Of a stretch of 64,000 nt of DNA, positions 56,958 to 64,000 are shown piece by piece. Source of the DNA: Chloropicon primus. Its lineage: Eukaryota. The notes under the pieces were generated by a model. That model was not told where the DNA came from. It saw only the letters and a program-made list of their open reading frames with translations, and searched no databases. The DNA is taken from NCBI GenBank assembly GCA_023205875.1, contig CP060756.1, forward strand, positions 310,001 to 374,000, written 5' to 3'. A program made the translations under genes and the position numbers. Positions within the stretch are counted from its first letter, which is position 1, and every line of letters starts with the position of its first letter.

Positions 56958-57401
56958 GATGGATGGATTAGAAATAATGATGCCAGTCGAGTGAAGGCAC
57001 CAATCGAAAGCTCGTGAGACGTCCTTTCCGATAACCTCCCCTTCCCTCTCGTCGCGTAGCCCCTCAACGTACTAAGGGGTCTCTCTTCCCCTCTCTCCTC
57101 TTCTAAAGGTAAAGCGCTCCCAGCCTTATCCAAAACGAAGCTCTCTCAGCCTCAAGATATTTTTCTGGCCAGCAGAGCCAAGAGGAGGACGGAGAGACTC
57201 TGACGAGAGAGACGGGAGACGGTGCGACGGTCGATACGGCGGTTTGCGGGGCCAGGGGCTGGAGGCAAGATAAGCGTCGTCCTGCGAAGTTGCGCGCGAC
57301 CCGCGAGGCTCCTTGCGATTGGTCGATGCACCAGGGGAGTACGAGTGACTTCAACATCAACATCGACAACGACGTCAACGTCATCATCCTGCAGAGACGG
57401 G

Positions 57402-58964
57402 ATGGTGGCGGTGAAGAAGGAGGGGGGTCCGCTTCGGAAGCGGAGCTTGGTGTGGTTCCGGAAGGGGCTCAGGGTGCACGACAACCCCGCGCTGCTTGAG
57501 GCGAGCCAGTCCGCGGCAGAGGTTTACCCGGTTTTCGTTCTCGACCCTTCCATCGATCCGACGGAGGATGGGGTTAAGATCGGGGCGAACAGAGCCCAGT
57601 TCCTGCTGGAGAGCCTGGAAGACCTCGACCAGAGCCTGAAGAAGCTGGGGAGCCACCTGATCTGCATCCGCGGCAGACCGGAGGACGTCCTTCCGCCCCT
57701 GATGCGGGAGCTCGACATCAACCACTTGGGCTTCGAGTTCGACACGGAGCCGTACTGGAAGGCGCAGGGGGAGAAGATGGCGAAGGAGGCCGAGAATCTG
57801 GGGGCCCGCGTCCACTGTCCTGCGACTCACACGCTGTACGACCCGGAGCACCTGATGGCCAAGTGCATGATGGATGCCCCCAAGTCATACGGCCAGTTCC
57901 TCAAGCTCGTGGCCAAGTGCGGGAGCCCGCCCGCCGTGGCAAGCGCCCCCGAGAGTCTTCCACAGATATCCAAGGACGTGCTGGGGAGGAAGCACTCGGG
58001 CGTTCCGACCCTGCGGGACTTGGGTTACGAGCCTCTCCCCGCGTCGGAGCGGACGCCGTTCCCGGGAGGCGAAACGGAGGCGCTCCGGCGGCTCGAGGAC
58101 CAGTTCCGGGACACGAGGAGGATCGCCCTCTTCGAGAAGCCGAAGACGAGCCCGACGGATTTCGAGACTCCTTCCACGACGGTGCTCTCGCCCTACCTCA
58201 AATTCGGCTGCCTGAGCTCTCGCGTGTTCTACTTCAAGCTCAAGGAGGCCTACAGGAAGAACGGCAAGCATGCTGATCCACCGGTGTCCCTGCTGGGGCA
58301 ACTCTACTGGAGAGAATTTTTCTACCTGTGCGGCTACGCGTTCCCCAACTTTGGAAAGATGGAGGGGAACCCCATCTGCAGGCAGATTCCCTGGGATCAC
58401 AGCGAGGGTGGCAAGGAGAAGCTCCGCGCTTGGGAGAGCGCCCAGACTGGGTATCCATTTATTGACGCTGCCATGACACAACTCAGGCAGCAAGGCTGGC
58501 TCCACCACCTGGCGAGGCACGCCGTGGCCTGCTTCCTGACTCGCGGGGACCTGTGGGTGAGCTGGGAGGAGGGGAGGAAGGTATTCGACAAGCTCTTGAT
58601 CGATGCGGATTGGAGCCTCAACAACGCGAACTGGATGTGGCTGTCCTGCAGCTCCTTCTTCTACCAGTACTTCAGGTGCTACTCCCCAGTTGCTTTCGGA
58701 GGAAAGTACGATCCCAGCGGGAAGTACATCCGAAACTTCGTCCCTGCGCTGAGGAAAATGCCGAAGCAGTACATCTACGAGCCCTGGAAAGCGCCACTGT
58801 CCGTTCAGGAGGCAGCGGGCTGCATCGTTGGGGTGGATTACCCCATGCCCGTCTGCGATCACGCCGTCGCGAGTAAGGAGAACATGAGTAAGATGGCAGC
58901 TGCTTACAAGAAAGCGAAGAGCGAGTCGCCCCCGCCAAAGAAGAAGGCCAAGAAGGCCAAGTAG
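57402..58964 (+). CDS. UVR3: (6-4) photolyase / animal-like cryptochrome
   Basis: WFRKGLRVHDNPAL, GGETEAL, TTVLSPYLKFGCLS, GWLHHLARHAVACFLTRGDL, DADWSLNNANWMWLS, YIYEPW. Confidence 0.94.
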   Translation: MVAVKKEGGPLRKRSLVWFRKGLRVHDNPALLEASQSAAEVYPVFVLDPSIDPTEDGVKIGANRAQFLLESLEDLDQSLKKLGSHLICIRGRPEDVLPPLMRELDINHLGFEFDTEPYWKAQGEKMAKEAENLGARVHCPATHTLYDPEHLMAKCMMDAPKSYGQFLKLVAKCGSPPAVASAPESLPQISKDVLGRKHSGVPTLRDLGYEPLPASERTPFPGGETEALRRLEDQFRDTRRIALFEKPKTSPTDFETPSTTVLSPYLKFGCLSSRVFYFKLKEAYRKNGKHADPPVSLLGQLYWREFFYLCGYAFPNFGKMEGNPICRQIPWDHSEGGKEKLRAWESAQTGYPFIDAAMTQLRQQGWLHHLARHAVACFLTRGDLWVSWEEGRKVFDKLLIDADWSLNNANWMWLSCSSFFYQYFRCYSPVAFGGKYDPSGKYIRNFVPALRKMPKQYIYEPWKAPLSVQEAAGCIVGVDYPMPVCDHAVASKENMSKMAAAYKKAKSESPPPKKKAKKAK

Positions 58965-59319
58965 ACTCCAGTAACCCAGTATACCACTACATTTTTTACC
59001 TCTGTAAATCAATCACATAATTGTTTGTACAACCACCCAGCACCAGCACCATCGCCTCCTCGATCACCCAGCACCATTGCGCATCTTTGCGCCCCACCAA
59101 GAGAGTGAGGGCACTTTGGCAAGGGGAATGAGAGGCCACGACCGCTTATCTGTCCCTAGCCCGGCACCCTGGTTCCACCTCCACCATCGCCACCATTCAT
59201 CGCCTTCCTCTTCATCTCCCAAGGAGTTCGCGAGCAGGTGAACGCTCGAAAATCAAAACAAGATCAACAGAGCAAAAGCGCGTTTGTGGCGGTGACCTCG
59301 GTCGGTTCCGCGCCCCAAG

Positions 59320-61653
59320 ATGAAGACCTTGGCGTCCCCCTTCGCATGGCTTCGAGGTCCGAGTGGTGCTGTCGACTCCCAGCCCGCGCCCGAGGAAGGA
59401 GACCTGCTGCCGAGACTTCCAAACGAGTGGAAGACTGCAGCTCTGGTGGTCATCTTGGACTTCCTGCAAAGGCAAGGGTACTCGAGCGCGGCGGTGGCGC
59501 TGGAGAACGAGACGGGGATCCAGGCCGAGGAGCTGGAAGAGGATTTGTGCCTGGTGAGGTCTTGGATCCTCCAAGGGAGCTGGTCGCAGTGCTACGAGTA
59601 CTTAAGCGTCTTGGGTGACGGGAGTGACAAGGAGAGTGTGGAGGGTCTGGATGTTGTGGGCGCAGTCTCGGAGTGCAAGAAGGCCGCCTTCTTCGAGCTT
59701 CTCTCCCAGAAGGACAAGCCCACCCCCGTGAACGAGCTCGTGGACTCGCTGGAAGACATCGAGAAGACTTGCACAACCGAGTGCTTCAACGAGGCGTGCT
59801 ATTGCATGTCTCTGAGCCGCTTGCAGGACAACCCCAAGTACGAGAGTTGGACTCGAGAGAAGGGGAGGGCTGACTGCTTTGCTGCTGTGCGAAAATGCCT
59901 CGAGTACACGTACAACAGGAGCCCGAGGCCCGGGAGGTCTGCTCAGCGCAGCCGCCCAAGCCTGGAGTTGATATTGCGGCGGTCCAGGGCTTGGCTGGAG
60001 CACCGGTGCCACGTTGGTGCCAGCAGTGGAGCAGCAGGACGGCGGGAGGACGGACTGGGGAGCCCATCGAGGTCTCCCAAATCATCGAAAGGAGGCGAGA
60101 TGCCGGGAGCAGACTACGAGAGTCTGTCCTCATCTGCCGCTTACCATACAGACGAGCTCATCGACTTGTGCGACAAGCTGAATGAGAAGGCGGAGATACT
60201 GACGCAAAGCAACGACTTTGGTGCAGGGATGCGCAACGGGGGCAGGGCGTCGTCAAACCCCAACTCGGCCGAGTCCCCGGGGCTGCGTGGAAAGATCAGG
60301 GACATCAGCAACTCCAAAAACCATTCTGGATGCATGCGTCACCACCACGACCTGCCGTGCTCACCTGGCTACCTCGCGGAGCCGAAGACTTCGCCAAAGG
60401 TCAAGAAAATATCCCCAAGATCTGCGAGGCGGCAGAGGAGCCACCAGCCAAAGTCCCCCCAAGCCCAAGGGGGGCAGGCCAGCATGGGCAACTCCCCGCC
60501 CCGGGGTCCTCCCGCAACACAGGAAGAGGGGAGCAGAGTGGCCAGAGCTCTCAGCGCGTCATTCGCCGGGGATGATTCCACCACCGGATCATCGTACTCT
60601 GTGGGAAGCTCGGGTCGTAGGACTGGAAGCCAAGCGGAAGAACGTGGCTATGGCTCGGCCGACATCTCGAGAGGGTTCGTGTGCCAAGAAGTGTTCAAGG
60701 ACTCCCACCCCATTCGCTGCCTGAGTTACTGCGATGGCTCAAATATTCTGGGTTTGGGTTGCAACAAGGACAAAGCCCTTCGAGCATTTCAATTGAAGCG
60801 GTCGGAGGAGCAAGACAAGGAGACTGCGGAGGAAATCTTCACGCGGAAGAGGCACCACGAGGGCTCGATCTATTGCATGGAGTGGAAGCGCGCCGACGAC
60901 AGGTATCTCATAGCCACGGGGTCCAATGACCACCAAGTGAAGGTCTTGACAACGTTTGATTTTCGGGGAGACAGCACGGCGACCTTGTCAGGCCATGACG
61001 GCACGGTGAGGGACCTCAGCATCAGCAACAGCGGCAAGCTGTTAGCCTCTGGAGGGGCGGGGGACAACGCCGTTCGCCTTTGGGACATTGACAGGCAACA
61101 GTGCGTTGGAGAACTCTTTCGCCACGAGTCCATGGTCACTGGGGTGGGTTTCAGCAAGCAGAGCGAGTACCAGTACTTCAGTGGAGATGCCGCAGGGAGC
61201 CTGCTGGCGTGGGACGCTCGCTCGGATGAGCTTAGCTTCTCGTGGAAAAGCCTGCAATCGGGCCGGATTGGAATCTCAAGTTTGGCCGTCTCTGGCACGC
61301 ATTACATCGGGGTCGGTTACAGCGACGGGTGTTTCCAGCTGCTGGACGCCAGAAAGAGCTCCGGCGGCGAAGCAATTTTCGAAAAGTTCATTCACTCGAT
61401 GGAGTGTCGTTCCCTGGACTTTTCCCCAGACGATGCTTGGCTCCTCAGCGCCTCCTTTGATTCCATGTCCCACGTCGTCTCCGTCGTGGATGGCTCGCTC
61501 ATCTCCAGCAGCAGAGGCCACTCGGACAAGGTCGTCCAAGGCAAGTGGAACCCGTCCAAGGTCCAGTTCGCGACTTGCTGCGTCGACGGAACAGTCAAGA
61601 TCCACGAGCCCAGGCAGCCTTTGGTCATCCCCCAGGACCTCATCGCGATATAG
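59320..61653 (+). CDS. WDR47: WD repeat protein 47-like (LisH/CTLH + WD40)
   Basis: LisH ILDFLQRQGYSSAAVALENETG; WILQGSW; HHEGSIYCMEW, ATGSNDHQVKV, HDGTVRDL, SGGAGD, HSDKVVQGKW. Confidence 0.82.
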   Translation: MKTLASPFAWLRGPSGAVDSQPAPEEGDLLPRLPNEWKTAALVVILDFLQRQGYSSAAVALENETGIQAEELEEDLCLVRSWILQGSWSQCYEYLSVLGDGSDKESVEGLDVVGAVSECKKAAFFELLSQKDKPTPVNELVDSLEDIEKTCTTECFNEACYCMSLSRLQDNPKYESWTREKGRADCFAAVRKCLEYTYNRSPRPGRSAQRSRPSLELILRRSRAWLEHRCHVGASSGAAGRREDGLGSPSRSPKSSKGGEMPGADYESLSSSAAYHTDELIDLCDKLNEKAEILTQSNDFGAGMRNGGRASSNPNSAESPGLRGKIRDISNSKNHSGCMRHHHDLPCSPGYLAEPKTSPKVKKISPRSARRQRSHQPKSPQAQGGQASMGNSPPRGPPATQEEGSRVARALSASFAGDDSTTGSSYSVGSSGRRTGSQAEERGYGSADISRGFVCQEVFKDSHPIRCLSYCDGSNILGLGCNKDKALRAFQLKRSEEQDKETAEEIFTRKRHHEGSIYCMEWKRADDRYLIATGSNDHQVKVLTTFDFRGDSTATLSGHDGTVRDLSISNSGKLLASGGAGDNAVRLWDIDRQQCVGELFRHESMVTGVGFSKQSEYQYFSGDAAGSLLAWDARSDELSFSWKSLQSGRIGISSLAVSGTHYIGVGYSDGCFQLLDARKSSGGEAIFEKFIHSMECRSLDFSPDDAWLLSASFDSMSHVVSVVDGSLISSSRGHSDKVVQGKWNPSKVQFATCCVDGTVKIHEPRQPLVIPQDLIAI

Positions 61654-61691
61654 ATAAACTCTCGCCCTGTAAATATACACACAACGACCGG

Positions 61692-62012
61692 CTACGACTT
61701 GTTCGTTCTGGCGAGGGAGACGACCCCATGGCAGTCGATTCCGACCCTCTTGCTGCTCTTCAGGATGCTGTGAAGGCTGGCGAGCATCTCCGGCTCCCGC
61801 TTCGCGAGGGACGACCAGGAGCCAGCACCTCTCTCACTCTGAGTGAAGATCTCCTCCAAGACCGTTTTCGCCAACTTCCTCAGCTTGATGGGCTTCCCCT
61901 CTTCCTCGAGCTCTCGCAAAACCCTGCGCCTCACCTGGCCGGCCCTCCGGCGGACCACCTTACCGAATGGCCCGTGGGTCTTCAGGCCCTTCCTCTCCCC
62001 CTTCTTCCTCAT
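61692..62012 (-). CDS. Possible small basic protein (106 aa)
   Basis: ATG at 62012 within a longer open frame; MRKKGERK...IKLRKLAKTVLEE...; no family recognised. Confidence 0.4.
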   Translation of the reverse strand: MRKKGERKGLKTHGPFGKVVRRRAGQVRRRVLRELEEEGKPIKLRKLAKTVLEEIFTQSERGAGSWSSLAKREPEMLASLHSILKSSKRVGIDCHGVVSLARTNKS

Positions 62013-62404
62013 CCCTGGCACGACTCGGAGGGAGAGATCCTCTTCCAACAACAAGTTGTCGAGGACTCCGGACGCCAAAATGGTCAACCGAGGTACCAAA
62101 CGAAAGACCTCGACGTCTAGTTTCCCGATGCGTGATCCTCCTTCCCTCCCTCTTCCCCTCTCGTACTCAATCAACCAATCAATCCATGCGCCGCTCACCA
62201 AAGCGCGCGAGCTGTCAGTCGAAATCGTTTTGGAAGGAGCGACGACGATGGGGATGGGAATGGAGGAAGGAGGACGAGGGTATTGAGGACGGGGACGGGA
62301 GAGGGACGGGGTTGAAGGATATTGATGCGAAAGATCATCGCTTGGGCTTTCCGTAGATCATTCGTTCGAAGGATTTGGCTTAGGGGTGAAGCTGGTGGAA
62401 GGTC

Positions 62405-64000
62405 ATGAAGAGGCTTGCTGACTTGGGCAGGAGCTCGATAAAGAGCTCCCTTGGGTTCATAACAGGGTCGGACAAGGTTCCCGGGTCGCCAGGCAATGAG
62501 GAGAAGGAAGGCAAGTGGTCTCACCAGGGCCAGGAGGTCGTCAAGGGGAAGAGGAGGTTGCCGTGGGAGCCGAGAACGGAAGCGGAGGTGCCGTACGAAA
62601 GAGAGCTGAGGAGCAAGATACTGAGGCTATCGCTTGACACGAGTGTCTGGCTCGAGGGGTATCGAGAGAGCGAGAGGGTGGGCGTCGAGGAAGTGATGGA
62701 CCAGGCAGGGGACATGCTGCAAGTGGACGAGAACCTTAGGAACGTGAGGTTCTCGCTGGTTCCGAAAGTCCTGACCGAGGAGGAGTTCTGGGAGAGGTAC
62801 TTTGCTGCCATAGCCAGGGTGAGGGTTCGCGTCCTGGAGGCTTCGTCATCAAAAGCAGAGTTGGCGGTGGAGGAGCAGGAGGAGGAGGCGGTGGAGAAGG
62901 CGTGCTTGGCGCTGAAAAACATGTCTGCGGGCGGCACGTCTGTGGGCAGCAGCAAACTGGGGAGAAGGCTGGACGTGAGGGCAAAGCAGTTGAGGCACAT
63001 GGCTCGGGCTCTGGAGACGGCAAAGGGGTATCGCAAAATGGAGGACCTCGCTGATGCCGGGAAACCCAGCACGAGCGCTTCGAGAAGCACGGGTTGGAAA
63101 GGCGTGTTGGCCAGCAAGGTGGAGGCGGGAAGAAACATGCTGGCCAAGAAGATGAGCGGGGGAGGGAGGCAGGAGAAGGTCCTTTGGGACCTCTTCGATC
63201 CAGAAGACGCCAAGGAGGCGGACTGGGATGTAGTGAAAGCTTTCTTTCCCTCCACCATGAAGATGACAGCGCAAATTGCCGCAGCTGGCCCTTGCTCTTT
63301 CCTGGGTCACCTGGCCAACGAAATGGGCAAGATGACCACGATGGCCCAAATGTCTCTGTTCTGGGTCCAAGTGGTCGAGGAGATCAGGTGGCACTTCAGG
63401 AACTTGAAAACGATACCCCGGGTTCCTCCCGGAGCACCAGATCTGCAATCCTGCCCCCTCAATCAGAAGCTCATGCTCCTGAACGCGTGCATCGGGAGGA
63501 AGGCGAGGTTCGCGGCGCAGTTGGCGAAGAAGGACGAGGACCCCGTGCTGGAGGTGAAGCTGGCGGACGGTACGCTTGTGCGGAGGAGGGGTCACAAGTC
63601 ACCGATCGAAGGGATGAAAATGATCTCCACGGGAGAGGACGTGTTCGTGCCGCACACCCAGGAAGAAGGATCAGTGCTCACCGAAGAGCTGATGAGGGAG
63701 CAGGAGGACCTGATCAGCAAGACCGGCACGATTGGGCCTGGACTCCAGCAGCTCCTTAGCGACATGGAGGCCTTCAAGGCTGCCAACCCTGGCTCAATCC
63801 TGGCCGACTTTGTCCGCTGGTACAGCCCAGCGGATTGGGAGAAGAGGGAGGGCGAGGAGCCCTGCCTGAGCTCGAGGATGAGAGAGCCGGGCAACATGTG
63901 GACGGAGATGTTCAAGAAGGCCAGGCCCGTGCCCTCATCGGAGCAGAACCCGCTCTTCGACTTTGATTACCACGGTGAGATGACCATCGAATCTTTGGTC
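62405..64000 (+). CDS. RAB3GAP1: Rab3 GTPase-activating protein catalytic subunit with N-terminal BSD domain, 3' end runs off the window
   Basis: Hand translation open from ATG 62405: DENLRNVRFSLVPKVLTEEEFWERYF (BSD); PDLQSCPLNQKLMLLNACI, LLSDMEAFKAANPG..LADFVRWYSPADW, LSSRM, ARPVP..QNPLFD. Confidence 0.9.
   Translation, partial: MKRLADLGRSSIKSSLGFITGSDKVPGSPGNEEKEGKWSHQGQEVVKGKRRLPWEPRTEAEVPYERELRSKILRLSLDTSVWLEGYRESERVGVEEVMDQAGDMLQVDENLRNVRFSLVPKVLTEEEFWERYFAAIARVRVRVLEASSSKAELAVEEQEEEAVEKACLALKNMSAGGTSVGSSKLGRRLDVRAKQLRHMARALETAKGYRKMEDLADAGKPSTSASRSTGWKGVLASKVEAGRNMLAKKMSGGGRQEKVLWDLFDPEDAKEADWDVVKAFFPSTMKMTAQIAAAGPCSFLGHLANEMGKMTTMAQMSLFWVQVVEEIRWHFRNLKTIPRVPPGAPDLQSCPLNQKLMLLNACIGRKARFAAQLAKKDEDPVLEVKLADGTLVRRRGHKSPIEGMKMISTGEDVFVPHTQEEGSVLTEELMREQEDLISKTGTIGPGLQQLLSDMEAFKAANPGSILADFVRWYSPADWEKREGEEPCLSSRMREPGNMWTEMFKKARPVPSSEQNPLFDFDYHGEMTIESLV

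Noticed and set aside
61728..62120. + strand ORF MAVDSDPL...
   Set aside because: Overlaps a more protein-like minus-strand frame, has no recognisable motif and does not join the Rab3GAP frame.

Overview
Eukaryotic nuclear DNA from a gene-dense, GC-rich, intron-poor genome, most likely a compact-genome green alga (Chloropicon/prasinophyte-like; inferred from GT-AG introns with CTRAC branch sites, TGTAA poly(A) signals and plastid genes such as VDR, fibrillin and MATE). I can support about 38 protein-coding genes, several rebuilt by hand across introns. I saw no tRNA, rRNA, CRISPR array or transposase. Most notable: (1) a secreted ~897-aa tandem-repeat protein with 26 acidic 24-aa TxT/Asn-ladder coils followed by a Lys/Arg-rich coil cap, resembling ice-nucleation/curlin beta-solenoid logic and bracketed by a 79-bp direct repeat that contains its own stop codon; (2) candidate bicistronic loci (COA6->SNRNP27, 17-nt gap; DPH3->truncated AP-5 mu, 71-nt gap); (3) a two-TM protein resembling PAC/TMEM206 and ENaC-family channels; (4) unusual domain fusions (SWIB+Reb1/TTF1-type Myb; BSD+Rab3GAP1); (5) satellite-like arrays in divergent promoters. 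All homology calls come from motif recognition by eye, not database searches.
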